Source: Octopus vulgaris (lineage: Eukaryota). From it: a stretch of 64,000 bases of DNA. Positions 28,067 to 42,749 of this stretch are shown one piece after another (position 1 is the first letter of the stretch; each line of letters opens with the position of its first letter). The position numbers and the translations under genes are program-made. The DNA lies in contig OX597815.1 in assembly GCA_951406725.2 (NCBI GenBank), forward strand, positions 123,504,001 through 123,568,000, in the 5' to 3' direction. The notes under the pieces were generated by a model, which ran no database searches, was not told the DNA's origin, and saw only the letters and a program-made list of their open reading frames with translations.

Positions 28067-28699
28067 CTATATATATCAAGAATCTTGCTTGAAACAGTGG
28101 ATATGATTTGTAGGCAAACTCAAATACCATGTACCAAGTTCTAAGCCCTGTTATAAGAACAGTAAATCATAACAGAATTCTTGAAAATTGATTAAGATAA
28201 TCCCCTAATAATTTATGCCTGTTTTGGATGATTTTAACAAAAGTTGATTGGGACAACTGGAGAAGGATATGAAACTGAATATTGGAGTGTCTTCCACCTG
28301 CCTTCTTCAGTTCATAAAAGGATTTGAACTCAAAGACCTGCTCACTGTTAGCAATGAACTGAACCTATGTATGAGTTGTACTAATCAATTTATAGATGGC
28401 ATGAGTAAACTAGCTAAAGTTTGCATGTTGACAGCAAAGTTGAGGCAATAGTTATAAGATATGAACTGTTTGCTTTTCAACACCATTATCTGAATACTAT
28501 TGACAACCAGCTGTTACATTACAGATAGGAAATGTATTTCCAGTTCCAAATGATGAGTTAGCAGTTATCTAGGTTTCTAATGTCATAGCACCCGGCTGAT
28601 CAATAACTCGGTATTTTTGCAGGTTTTTATGAGCATTCCAGAAAATAATGCTCAATATTTAGATTTTATCAACAGTAACTATTTATAAAGTAACATTCA

Positions 28700-29150
28700 T
28701 AATCATCATTTGATGTTTTCCAAGCAAGCATGGGTTGGACAGTTTGACAGCTGGCCAGCTGAAGAGCTGTCCACACTCCAGTTGTCTACTTTTGGCATAG
28801 TTTCTATGACTGGACGCCCTTCCCTAATGCCAACCACTTTACAGAGTGTGTTAGGTGCCTCAGACGTGGCACAGGCACAAGTGCCTCATACGTGGCACAG
28901 GCACAAGTACCTCATACGTAGCACAAGCACAAGTGCCTCATACGTGGCACAGGCACAAGTATTGCATACGTGACACAGGCACAAATGCTTCATACATGGC
29001 ACAGGCACAAGTGCTTCACATGTGGCACCAACACAGGTGCTTTTTATCTGACACCAGCATGGGTGTTTTTTCGTGACCCTGAATGGATGTTTTCCTACAC
29101 TGCACCAGAATAGGTGCATGTTATATGGAACCAGCACAGGTGCTTTTTAT
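28700..29150 (-). mobile_element. RTE-tail repeat containing a 26-bp minisatellite
   Basis: Tail CATCATTTGATGTTTTCC..GCATGGGTTGGACAG followed by the tandem array at 28855-29060. Confidence 0.7.
28855..29060. repeat. Tandem array of a 26-bp unit (GTGGCACAGGCACAAGTGCCTCATAC), about 7 copies
   Basis: Visible directly; explains the periodic ORFs at 28710-29137. Confidence 0.9.
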
Positions 29151-31155
29151 GTTACATTGAAAACAGAATAATAATAATAATCTCTTTCAAACTTACATTG
29201 GCATGCCTTCTACAATGCAAGTAGCCAGCTATTTGGCTATAAACAAAATAGAACCTTTATTAACTTATTTATATGCTGTGTTAAAAAATTTTATACTAAA
29301 ACCATTTACTTGAAATAGGGTCCCAAAATGATTATGAATATGTGTTGTTTAAGTTAAAGAGTATGATGTAGGCTGCAATAATTTGTAGCCTACATTTACA
29401 GAAATATTAGAACATCAACGGTTTTGCAGTTTTCATTCCAGTTTCTTGTGTTCCAATTTCAAATCCAGCTGAGTTCCACATTGCCTTTCATTCATGGTTG
29501 ATAAGGTACCATTCTAGATAGTAGACTGGCAGAATTGTTAGTGTATGAGATGAGATGCCTTGCAGTACTTTGTAGCAAGGATTCTATGTTTTGAGCCATC
29601 TTGCTCAGATACCCAGCTTAGAAACACGGCCTAACTGTACTGCCATAAAAGCAAAGGCTAGCTGCAAGAAACAGTCACCATAAAAGGCATTAATGCCTTT
29701 TATGCAAATAAGTTTTACAAATTTTCCTGTCAGATACTTCTGCTGAAGGGTCCAGAAGATTGGTTATAAAAAGCTAGGATATGGAACTCTCAACAGAATA
29801 GCTTTAGGTGCTACATAGAACTCTGTTGGCTAGTTTTGTGATAATGTGTTCTCATTCTTTCTACTCATTCTGTCTTTAGTAACCATGAATGGTTTTCATA
29901 TAACTCAAATAATTGTTGCACATTTGTAAATGCAAATGTTCGAAGTCCTAAAAAATATGGAAACTTATGATCATTCTCACCTTCACACACAGCCCACCAA
30001 AGTACTATCAACAGTGATTAAATGGCAAAAATCAAACTCATGCCCCACTAAAACTTGTTTTGAATGTTTGCACTCTGAGTTCAAATCCAACTGTGGCCTA
30101 CGTGGGAGGTTAACTTAATCCATCACTCAGATTAACACCAACACCTAATGCTTTGGCTTGAGGACACCATCCCACCTCCTTCCCACAAGTCTCAGATCCC
30201 TGTAAAGAGTCATAGGCACTGCACTTCCCACTCAATAAAAGAAGATTATGTTGGTGCTGGACACAATCATCTTATCTGCTGAATCCTGTAAAACCATCCA
30301 ACCCATGCTAACATGGAAAGCAGACGCAAAATAAGAATGGATACTAAATAGTACAAGATGCTATAATTTGGATTTTTTTCTCAGGCAAAATTACTTTACA
30401 TTCAGAATAGAAATTTAGCTAAAATTTTGATTGATACACCAATTAATAAAGAAAATAAAATACTGCCTACAAACACTTATTACTCATTGCATCCTCAACT
30501 TTTTTGGAAATCAATTTAGGATCATACTTTCTTTTTGATTAAGCCACCAAATAAAAATTTAGTTCAATTTCAATGAAATGCTAAAAAACCAATAAAATGT
30601 TCAATATGGTACTGAAGTCTATAAATTTAAAAGAGTCAGAAATGCGATAACTTTCCCAGAAGCATTAATGATAGTGCAAAAGCGAATAAGAACAAAAATC
30701 AATTTTCAAATTTGACTCGCCAAGTTACTTTACAACACTCACTCACATCATTCATTTAACTGCCTCAAATGTACCTCCCATCTAATCTATGCAGAAACGA
30801 TTTGGGAAGGGACTTTTGAGGCAGAATCTGCTGCCAGGTACTATTCTTGGTGCAAATCCTTACCTGTTTTTCTAGTAAGGGATGTTATATTTCACGGGTC
30901 TTTAAAGCAGAGAACAACTAATTGTATCAACAAGGAATGTAAAACATAATCACAATTTTACTCAAGTGAAGCCAAGGAATGCCAACATTCACACATGCAA
31001 TGAGCTTCCCACAATTCCATGCACCAAATTCACTTATAAGCAATGGATGCCCTTGAGCTACATACAAAACATTTGCCCAAGCAAGACACAGTTTAGTAGG
31101 ACTGAACTAAAAACAATGAGCTTGCAAAGAGAACTTCTTAACCACTGGTCATTAT

Positions 31156-31505
<350 letters not shown>

Positions 31506-31659
31506 ATATAAACCTTTACATAAATAAATAACGTGAAATACACGAAGGGACGAACATAAGAGACAGACGGGTCATTCAAAGCCTTCGTTCTTCAGTCAGA
31601 AACCGATTCCTCATCGCAGATTTCGGCTGTTTAATTCTGAGATCCGCTCTGAATCGGCC

Positions 31660-31660
<1 letters not shown>
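31506..31660 (-). mobile_element. Penelope-like terminal fragment embedded in (TA)n
   Basis: CpG-rich island between TA tracts. Minus strand has CAGCCGAAAT and GACTGAAGAACGAAGG followed by a T-rich tail. Confidence 0.45.
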
Positions 31661-31685
<25 letters not shown>

Positions 31686-31691
<6 letters not shown>

Positions 31692-31836
31692 CTTACTCAC
31701 TAATTTGGGGGGGTTTAAAATTTGGAAAAACGTTATGTAAGGGATTATAATACTATCCATGTATAAGAAACTCCCATATTTTTTTAACCTAATTTTTGAC
31801 AAAAATGGGTTCTTTATACACGTTAAAATATGGTAT
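31686..31836. mobile_element. pogo/Tigger-like MITE fragment (one end)
   Basis: Ends TTATACACGTTAAAATATGGTA, resembling a pogo-type TIR. Confidence 0.45.
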
Positions 31837-31884
31837 ATCATTTGTAGAAAAACAAATCCGGAGATGTGTGAATCTGCTCTATCC

Positions 31885-31942
<58 letters not shown>

Positions 31943-31963
31943 GTGTATATATATATATGTATG

Positions 31964-31999
<36 letters not shown>

Positions 32000-33658
32000 T
32001 TGTTTCCTTTTAAAAATGTTTTCCTGGTTACTGGATTAAACTATACAAATATAAACTTCAGTTAAATATAGATGCTTCAAAATTTGAATAGTTTCTATTG
32101 CTTTTTATTAAATTTTTCACGGAAGCTGAACTATCTAACAATATTTCCTTATTTAACAACACAAAGTACCCAAACAGGAAGTGCAGTGCAGATTACTAAT
32201 ATTGTTTGCACTTCTGTTGCATTGCATTTTGACCTTTAAACTGATATCTATGATTAAATAGTAACGACAGATACGACATATTCTAGGATTTATTTATTGA
32301 ATAAAGTGTCAGTGATAGAATAATGTACTTTAGATCACCCGATGTGTGGTCCTCAGCCCAGAAAGGAGGGCAATAAATCTGAATAAAAACCAATCAGACC
32401 ATCACAACCAATGCTAGCATTGAAACATGAACATAAAGATATTTCATAGTATACTTGACATGCATGCACACATACACACACACACTGGTTGAAATAAACT
32501 AAATAAAAAAGAATGATTTCACATTTAAAAGGTTTCTGAGAATCAAAAATTATAGACTGAAATTTATGAATCAATAAAATTTTTCTGTTGTTAATATAAT
32601 TTTCTTTCCCACCTCTTTGAAGTCGAGGTCATTGAGACTATTTAAATTGTCAAAGAAACTAGCAACATAAGAAACTTAAATATCATTAAAATCTTAATTT
32701 TAATCTGTGGTATTTTGTCGAGCAAAGTTTGAAAAGATTAGTGCTATGAGAAATTTTAAAAATCAGAATTTTTAGTAGGTAAAAAAAAAACCCAACTTGA
32801 CGGTTTTAACTAGCTGGAAACCATTGAATTAAGGTCAAAAATACTTAATTCTAAGATTATAATCTATTATTTAGAGGTAAGGGTAATAGTCTGAAAAATA
32901 ATCTTATTAACAGCAATTCATGTCAGACACTATTTAATTCTAGTTGAGAAACACTTCATTAAATAATATGTCTCTAAGCTAAATAAAACAAGCATGTTGT
33001 AAAACAATATCAAAACTGAAAAGAAAAGTAGCCTTTAGTTTTTAATGCAAATTTAAATTAACTGTTTGAAAACACTGAATTCAGTATAAACTAACCATAT
33101 GTTGCCATTATGAATATCTGTAAACTTCAAGTATTGAACTATTTTAAATAAAGGAATATTTTGAGTTTCTTGAATGGAACAATATTCTTTTTTCGCAACT
33201 TTAAGATTACTTGTGATCATATGAAATTGGTTACATATCTCTCACCTATTTCTTTTTCAAACTAGGGTAGCCATGTATCTCTTCTACAGCAAGACACCTG
33301 TTTTGGTCCTTCTACTATATCCTTTCACCTTGAATAAAGCCACCTCTCTCAATACTACTCCCCAGTCACCTGAGAGGATTTTTTCTTGCAAGTTATTAAG
33401 TGGCTTTGCTGGTGTCACATAAAAAGCACTCAGTATACTCGTGAAGTAGTTGGCACTCAGTATACTCGTGAAGTAGTTGGCACTAAGAAGAGTTGCCAGC
33501 TCATGTCAAACTGTCCAACCCATGCCAGCATGGAAAGCTAATGTTAAATGATGATATATATTTACTAATTTTCTAAAAAGAAATCAATAGGTAAAAATAT
33601 TCAATATTTATAGTGTGCTTCTTCTGTGCGTATATATGTGTGCCTGCATAGGAACGTA

Positions 33659-33694
<36 letters not shown>

Positions 33695-33725
33695 CAAGAA
33701 ATATTCACATATATACATGTATATA

Positions 33726-33765
<40 letters not shown>

Positions 33766-33804
33766 AGAAATATACACATATATACACGTGTATAAATATA
33801 TATA

Positions 33805-34151
33805 TACAAAATAAATATAAGAGAGTGGTCACATATTGCTCACTCTAGCACAGTTAATCCAAAGGTTTCAACCACGAAAATACATGTTTCCCATGAAAGT
33901 CAGTACGACTGTTAGCTACACGGACAGGGCAAATAAAATAACAAAAATACAGATTATTTTGGGACAATTGTTACTAATGAATTTAGCGAAACAATTGTCC
34001 CAAAATAATCTGTATTTTTGTTATTTTTTATTTGCCCTGTCCGTGTGAGCTCAGTCGTACTGACTTTCATATATTTTCGTGGTTGAAACCTTTTGGATAA
34101 CTGGTGCTAGAGTGAGCAATATAGTGACCACTCTCTTATATTTATTTTGTA
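33805..34151. repeat. Long foldback (about 165-bp arms, 17-nt spacer), PLE-derived; right arm appears to continue to about 34275
   Basis: TACAAAATAAATATAAGAGAGTGGTCAC...GGGACAATTGTT and AACAATTGTCCC...GTGACCACTCTCTTATATTTATTTTGTA are reverse complements with small indels. Confidence 0.93.
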
Positions 34152-34358
34152 AAAATATTATAATATGTTATAAAATATTATAATAATCCAGGTTTCTCGT
34201 AGCACTAGGCCACTTGGTGTTGAATAAATATACTATTAAATTAGTATCTAATTCTCTCACCCTTATTAATTAATTATATATATATACATATATATACATA
34301 TATACACATGTATATATACACACACACACATCTATACACACGTGTGTATATATATGAG

Positions 34359-34720
34359 AAGGCGCTTGGCTTAGTGGTTAGGGTATTTGGCTCGTGATCA
34401 GAGTATTGTGAGTTTAATTCCCAGCAGCGCATTGTGTCCTTGAGCAAGACACTGTATTTTACAGTACTCAGTTGGCAAAAATGAGTAGTACCTGTATTTC
34501 AAGGGGCCAGCCTAGTCACACTCTGTGTCACACTGAAATTCTGAGAAATATGTAAAAAGGGGTACGTGTATCAGTGGAGTACTCAGAATTTGCACATTAA
34601 TCTCACGAGCAAGCTGTTCCGTTGATCGTATCAGCTGGGACACTCTTCGTCATAATAGACGGAGTGCTCCCTCTATATATATGTATACATACACATACAT
34701 ACATACATACATACATACAT

Positions 34721-34779
<59 letters not shown>

Positions 34780-35118
34780 CATACATAAATACACATGTGA
34801 AAGCGCAAGACATAGTGGCTAGGGTATTTGGCTCACAACCGTAAGGTTGTGAGGACAATTCCCAGTGACATGTGTTCTTGAGCAAGACATTTTATTTCAT
34901 GTTATTCCAGTTCACTCAGCTGGAAAAAGTGAGTAGTACCTGTATTTCAAAGGCCAGCCTTGTCACACCCCGTGTCATGTTGAATATCCCTGAGAACTAT
35001 GTTAAGGGTATGCATGTGTACAGAGTGCTCAGCTACATGAGCATTAATTTCACAAGCAGGTTGTTCCATTGATCGGAACAACTGGAACCCACATTGTCAT
35101 AACTGACAGAGTGCCAGG
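34359..35118 (+). mobile_element. Two tandem CORE-like tRNA SINEs (34359-34670 and 34801-35118) separated by a microsatellite
   Basis: GGCTTAGTGGTTAGGGTATTTGGCTC...TGTGTCCTTGAGCAAGACAC; the two copies are mutually similar along their length. A third partial copy lies at about 47143-47290. Confidence 0.8.
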
Positions 35119-38100
35119 ATGTGTCTGCATGTATATCACAAATGCTCAACAAACCACTCTGTAACCCATTTTTAATTTCTACTTAGTGTTTTGGAAGATG
35201 TAATGTTAATGCTTAGGTATTCATATCCATCTGTCTTCATTACCCACTTATTCTTGTGAGGATTGATAGGGTCAGAGTTCTCAGACTTGCCATCCAGAGG
35301 GTCCTCTCAGCAGCAACCATCATCAAATGATCAAGCTGGACCCCCAACTATGAATATCTCATTTCAGAGGAGATCGGTTGTTCCACACCAGCAGGTGAAT
35401 TTGTTTTAAGTTAGAAACAAGAATTCTGGCAAGTCAGATTGTAATAACTTTAAGAATTAAATGATTAAGATTTCATACAGAAGTTAATGCACATACACAA
35501 AAAAAAGTGATCCCATTGCAAATCAACCTGATAGCTAAAACCCCTTTTTAGTGGCAGCCAATCAAAGCAGCTTGATCGATACAAAGATAGTCCTTTCATA
35601 AATCAAAAATTCTAAGTAATATCAGTTTGTAGAGCATTAGACAAATGAGAAATAGAAATGAATTCTTCTTATAGAAGTTGATGCTCGTCTGTTGCATAAA
35701 CATCTCCAGACACAATATTGTTTCCTCAACCTAAGCTGATCATAAATGCAACAATGCTCCTGAACTTAGAACCCATGATCTGCTAGTCCAACACCTTATT
35801 CACTTGGTCTTACATCTTATCTACTTGTTTAACAAGTGAATATCTTCATAAAATGCTGAATCCCAATACAGGCTAAATATTGATTGGTATGGAGAAACAG
35901 TTGACAATGTATATAACACTTGTACTTTTACCACAGCCTGACAGGTTTTCCATGGAAGACTAGAAACAAACAGCCTCACTTGTATGGTGATTATACTCAT
36001 TTACAACCGTTATGTGATGTTTAGACAAGAGTACAAACTCTCACACACAAACTTCTTTTAACTGTATTAAGGCTATAGAAAACTCCTGCTCAATGTATCA
36101 CACAGTGGGACTGAACCCAAAACAACATAGTTAAGAAGCAAGCTTCTCAATTGCACAACACAAACATGGCTGTAACAAGTCTCTCTGACATTTTGATCAG
36201 TGTCAGATCAACTAATTGAAGCATTTCATTTGAAAGCAATTCTATAAAATACACATTAGTGACGATCAACAAAACCTAGAAAGCAGAAGGCTGTGAAATC
36301 AAAAGACTCTTATGGTCTCTAATCCAGCAGACACCTTATTACCCACAGGTGTCTGTCATAAATGTCATAGTCTGAGTGGCATATTTACAAACTGATCTGC
36401 TAGAACATCTGCTTCTAACACAGAGAAAACACTTGCTAGTGTGGAACAACAAATCTTCTCAGAAAGGAAATTCTACATTGTATTGGCATAGCTTCATAAT
36501 ACAGAGTAAGATTATTTCACTTGATTACAAAAACAAACTTACTGAGAAAATATTTTTTATCATTAACCAAGTTATCTCACACTCAAAATTCAAAAGGCAT
36601 TTGCTGATGCATATTAAATATTTAGTCTTTATTCAGTTAATTAGAGTGTAAATTTCCCAATTAGAATGTAACTTTCACAATTGACTAATTAGTATAGCCA
36701 CACACTAATAAAAATAAAAGCAGCACAACTTAGAATGAGATTCAGAATATATGGGGAAAATTGTCACAATATATCCACAATTATAACATAAATTGATATA
36801 TTTTATTTGTTAACACCAATTTAGTATGTCTATGTATACGTAATGCACATTACTGCATCAATTTGCTACCAAATCCTTAAAACAGCAGTCAAAAAATCTA
36901 CCTTGAATTTTCTTCTTTCTTAATTGTATTTTTGATTATGAATATCTGGATTTCTACCCGTTTATGAAAGACTACCATGGACTGCTTAATTATGTCTGTA
37001 TGCATATTTGGTTAACTTATTTATAACAAATAGTGGCTTATGGCTTTGATACCATAAAGAAATGCTTATCCATTTATTATTTGAAATATATATTTAAAAT
37101 AATAGCTGGACAAATGACATATATCCTTTAAGTTTGTTTATGGAAAACGTTTTGAGTATGCATATAAAAGTTCCTATTCCATAATGCATGCTACAACCTA
37201 ATGATACCAACTGGTTATACCAGTTTTTTGGGGGGAAGGGCGTCAGATTACACTGCAATCATCCCAGGAATACAGACTGTGATCTTAAGAAATCTGTGAA
37301 ACACAGGTAGCAATGCATTAAAATATTTATAAATTGCATCCAAGGATTATTATTGTTATTACTACAGATATATATATATATATATACACACACACAGATA
37401 TATATATATACACACACACACACACAGATATATATATATACACACACACACAGATATATATACACACACAGATATATATATATATATACATTTGAGAAAA
37501 ATATTCTGGTTTTATTGTTCCTAAAGCTAATATTCTAATAGTTTTCTTTATCAGTAAATAGTGCCTCTCCTGTGCAATAACCATTGTATCCATATTTTAA
37601 CTATTGACAAAAGATAAACAGATTCACATTTTCATTATTATTCTGGATACTTCACTTGGTGAAGCCTCTACACAAAGCAATGTTCATAGCTGTGTGTGTG
37701 TGTGTAAGCCAAAAAGAGACTCAATGTGTTTGCTTACCCAGCTAAAAATAATCCTTCAAACCTTGTGATCAATCTTGAAAGTTGTACACAACAGTGGATA
37801 ATGCAGCCTGAGGTACATCATAGCCTGATAAAAGGACGAGATGGTCATGACTGGAATGTCTTTCACTGTAGGTACATCTGATCAGAGTTGATTTGGGTCT
37901 AAACAATAAGAGTATATAGCAAACTTTCTTCCATGTACTAACGTACATGATACTCAGTTGTTTTCCCAATTGACTGTTACATCAATCTGACTCACACTCA
38001 GGATGACACATCTCATGACACCAGCATATTGTCAATTCAATTACTAGTATTGAAAACACAAATATGCAGATGGTGGTAAATGTCTGCTTCCATAATGAAT

Positions 38101-41100
38101 AGGTTATCAAGACCACCCCTAAATACTTTGTTTTAGCAATGAACCCCAAGCAAGTGATTTTAGTGGAACTCAGATGACTCAAAGAAAGTTCTGTGAATAT
38201 TTACACTCAAAAAGTTTAACTAAGCTTATAAAGGATAACATCAAATGTTCCAGCCATTTATAATAAGTTGTAGCATACAAAAATATCTATTAATACTTAG
38301 TGAACCAGTTGATTTAGAGGTAAGGGGCTTGATCACAGATTCTATACTGCTAGCAACAGGATATGAAGCAACAACCAATGAACAAGACAAGCATTGAGAC
38401 TTAAAATATTAGGATCTTTAAAAGAAACATCAAAGAAAAGGCAAAACTGTTCACAGCAGTGTATAAAGATCCAAGTAATTAAACTCAATAACTTTCAAAT
38501 AAATCAACTGGATGTCAATATCTTTTGAAGAAAAATCATTGAATGTAACAAGAGGAAAGGAAATAATCCAATAAATCTTTAACAAAATTATCTAAAATTA
38601 TTTACATCTGTCTTAATGTAAAATGAGCATGTCATATCCAATTGAAGGAAATCATGACATGAAACATTGATTTTTTTAGTAAGTCGAAGCAATCTCCCAG
38701 CGTTACATACTATTCTAGTATTTGTCAATAGGAAAAGACAAATGTAAATGTATGCATGTCTCACGGCTAGTGGGAAATTTTGGTTTCATGTTAGGTAGAT
38801 GAGAAATAATTATTCTGATTAGGAACATGGTTTGCATTACTTCCAGATGTTCAGGTCTCCAACATCTAAGTAAACTGGTGTAAAACAAAAGCGAAAGAAA
38901 TTTTTTCTAAGCTAGAAACACAATGAAATACTTGTAGTAAATTCGAACTCCAAACCCATGAACAGCTATTCCAATACTTTTAAAGCACTCGGTCCATTCG
39001 TTCCTTTAATCTTAAAATTTACTTTCACTCAACATGCTAAAAGGAAGGAATAAAATGGCGAGATCCCTTTCTTTAACTTACAAAATATGTGTTGATCATA
39101 CTAAACTAATAAATTATCTTGTTCGATTTTCATACGGTCAATATGAATTCAACTGCCCGTTTCAATGTCATTCGCCTAAAAATTAATGTTAGGAGGGGTC
39201 AACTCAAGAGTAAATGACAGCAAATAGATTTGTTTCCAAAGTAGCAAAATTACCAATCAACCTAGTCTTCGTACAAAATTTAATATATATAACTGGCGCA
39301 TTTTACAATTATGAAGACGATAAACGTCTAAGTTTATTTTCAATATAAAAAAAAGACACGTTTAGGAACCAAATGGTCAAACAATATTTTAGTTTACTAT
39401 TTTCAAGATATCAAGGTGAGCTATATAATCAGACGCTAAGTTAAGAGAACTGAAGCAAAGAAATCACTTTATATATAAACTGATGAGGTAAAATTAAAAG
39501 AAATGTTCCTTATGTTGATAACGGGAAGCTACTGAAAAAAATTGCTTAAATGAGTTATACAAATAGTACGACATAGCATACCTGATAAACATTAAGAACA
39601 AAAGCCATTTATTAGACCAGATATGTTAAACAACAGTAAAGATAGATGTGAAATAACAATAATAAACTGAAATAACCAGAACATATGTAAAAAAAATGTA
39701 GGATTGATTTAGCTCTCTGCACATCCTTTAGAAAAATACGTTTGTGTCTTACGAAATAAAAAGCTCAGATCGAAACAATTTTTTAATCCTAAAATACATC
39801 TCACGCACAAAAAAAAAGAAAAACACTCAGATTATTACGATTTTCAAATAATTAAATTGCATAAATATAAATTTTTTAAATAATTGTTTCAAGTCGTATA
39901 AATAAACATGTTTTAAGTCGTATATTCTCAAACTGAAGCTATGAAACTAAACAGGTTTTCTTTATTAGACCTGTTCAGTGATGATTAATAAACAAAGCTA
40001 CAATATTTAAATACCTCCAGAGCAATGTGTGTATGTAGGCCACTTTGCAGCTAACCTATACTGAACGAGAGTTTAATAATTTCTACTGTAACATAACATA
40101 CAGTAAATCACTCAATGTGATGAAACTAACAATTATATTATATAAACACATATACACACGCACATGCATATACACCATTGCCGAACAGCAGTTACCTCAG
40201 TTTCCTAAAGGTTTGAATGATTGCGATGTTTGGGAAATGTTATTTAACGCAAACATTTAATAACCCAACATCAAAACAAATATACGTATTGGTTTATTTT
40301 CTTTTTGTACAGTTGTTTGGGATTAATTTTTGGGGACTTTAAAATATTACTGCTTTTTATTATCCCTGCTTTCATTTTAACATGTACTAAAATATTTTTT
40401 TAAAGCTTTTTGTCAGCTGTTATTAAAGAGGAATAAAAACAAGATGTAGCTTGAATGTTTTTATCGACAACAATCTCTACTGGTAGATGGCCACATATTG
40501 AGAGGTATGGTCAACTGAATCAACCTCATAGCAGATGTGAGTGATTAGGATTTACTTATTGGTTTCTGGACATTAAGGACGACAATTTTATATAATAAAT
40601 AACGACAATGGGAATGTTTCTCCCCTTATTTACCACGCGGACAACGTTGATAGTATAGATGATAGCTTGCATAGGCAATAATTCTTAGATTTTATAAAAG
40701 TGAATGAAATGTCGTGGCGTTCATGCCTCAAAACTTGTACAGGGGGAAATCATCGCATGTACTGAAATTGGAAGGCCAGGATACAATACGCAAGAATTGT
40801 TTAGATTTGGCCAACTGTTGAGTGTTGTTAGATCTTATTGTATGTTTTAGAATACAGCAGTCCACTGTACGAAGCTTATGTTATGATAACAATGAGAAAT
40901 TGTAGTTGGTAGCTATTAAAAATGAAAAAGAAACAAAACAAGTTAATTTTGTTTTATTGGATTCAACATTCAGATGTTTTGAAAAGAGTTTCGGTTTTGG
41001 ATAAAGTCAACTTCGATTATAAAAATTGATTTTATCGAGATTCTAGTGTACTTGACATTATCATGAACAAAATGTCAAAAACGGAGATATGTTCAACAAT

Positions 41101-41725
41101 ATAATCTTTAATATGATTATATTCTGTAGTTGACAGAGTAAACATGTAGAAAGCAAAAAAAAAAAATACTATTCCTACGTAAATAATAAAAATAAGAGGC
41201 CATTCATTCATAAATAATCCGCTGTTTAATATATATTCTACAATTTAGTGATTTACAAACGAATATATATTATTTAGGTTAGAGATGTATTATTATTATT
41301 AGTACTAATAAACAATATTGATCTAGAAAACATTTTGCGTGGCATTATTTAATACAAACACTGAACAGTCTAAACCTGTCTGAGTTCAATGACAATTCTG
41401 CTAAGGTTACGAAGAAAGACTACCTTTTGTTTTTATGCTAAGAATATTAGACTAACGTGGGCAATGAAACAAAAAACAGAAGGAAAAACAACAATTAGAG
41501 TATATTAAACGTCATTTTTTTTTTTTTATCCTTTTTGAATGAAACATTTTCCGGGTGAAATTTTAAACAAGACCAAAGTATAAGGAATAAAACAAACAGC
41601 TCCCCAAAAATTATATATAAATGCTGAAAGGGAGAATATATGACACTGTTTTAAAGAATTCGAAGGGGAAAATGTATTATATTAAATAAACCAGATTGGA
41701 TATTAAAAGAAATTAGTTTACTCAC

Positions 41726-41791
41726 CGGTGAACGCTTCTTCAGAGTAAAGTTTTTCCAAAGTAGCAAACGAAGTTGATGTAAAAAGCCCAT
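41726..41791 (-). CDS. ABCA2: ABC transporter subfamily A member 2-like, first coding exon (66 nt, phase 0)
   Basis: Minus strand ATG GGC TTT TTA CAT CAA CTT CGT TTG CTA CTT TGG AAA AAC TTT ACT CTG AAG AAG CGT TCA CCG followed by donor gtgagt. Translation [22 protein letters not shown] is nearly identical to the ABCA2 N-terminus ([22 protein letters not shown]). Too short for the ORF track. Confidence 0.93.
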
Positions 41792-42749
41792 ACTGATGCA
41801 AATATGGTTAGCTTGCTCAACAAGAGAAAGGACACGGCTGGCTTAGTTCGATATGAAATAGAAGAATATTGTTATGCTACAAGAAGGCTGGCTGAGAATA
41901 CTGAAGAGGAGAAGACGGTAGATAACGTCACAACCAGTGATAATAATGAGACCAGGTGTTCCATTCTTAGAGCAGTCATGTATCCTTAAGGCAAAAGGAG
42001 GATATAAATAAAGTGAGGTACAGTGCAAAAATTTTAGTGATTACAGGTGTAACTAGTTTCGAAGTAAAATCCGAATCTTGTAATCCTTCGTGATAAGTGC
42101 GCAACTGGATACTTCTATAAAACAGAGGATAGCAAATGTCTAAGATAATAGTCCAAAAAATAGCAAGTTTTCCTATTACATTTAGTTAGTCATATAGTTA
42201 CATTTACTATGTTTTGGTTCCTTTCTTCCTGGGTATTCGTGAAATTGGATGAAAATTTACGAAGTAAATGAATTTTATACAAGCAGGAAAAAATCGTGAA
42301 GAACACTGTTTTTATATGAAGCCTTCTCAAACATATACTCGGAAGGAAATTGTTGCTGATGTGATCAATAAAGAAGCTAGTTTCGGGATAAATAAATGAC
42401 ACAACAACCACAATAAATAATAGTGAGGATTTAAGGGAAAAGAAATGAATGTTGGGATTTCATTTAAGCTGTGGAATAGTCACTTCCCATGCCAAGATAG
42501 TTCTTCCATCTCTATGTTAAAATACTCCATACATTTAAACACTTGTTCACAGATATTTGACTGCAACTTCGATACTATATAATGCAATACAAGAGAGATT
42601 TATCTTGTTTGGACTTTCTGTCTACTTAGAGCAGGCGACGGTCAGTCAGCAATTTCAGTCGCCTACTCGTTCAGTTGTTAACAGATTATTGCACAACACA
42701 CACCGCACCATCAATTCACCTTCTATCAGACGCTTACCAAAGTAGGTGG

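Noticed and set aside
28855-29060. CRISPR-like array
   Set aside because: Head-to-tail tandem units with no unique spacers, no cas genes, and a eukaryotic context.
39582-39666. Hydrophobic minus-strand exon candidate considered as ABCA2 exon 2
   Set aside because: Lacks the conserved E-x-x-x-P motif and contains an in-frame stop.
41804-41989. 61-aa plus-strand ORF antisense to the ABCA2 5' leader
   Set aside because: No recognisable homology; its length is compatible with chance.
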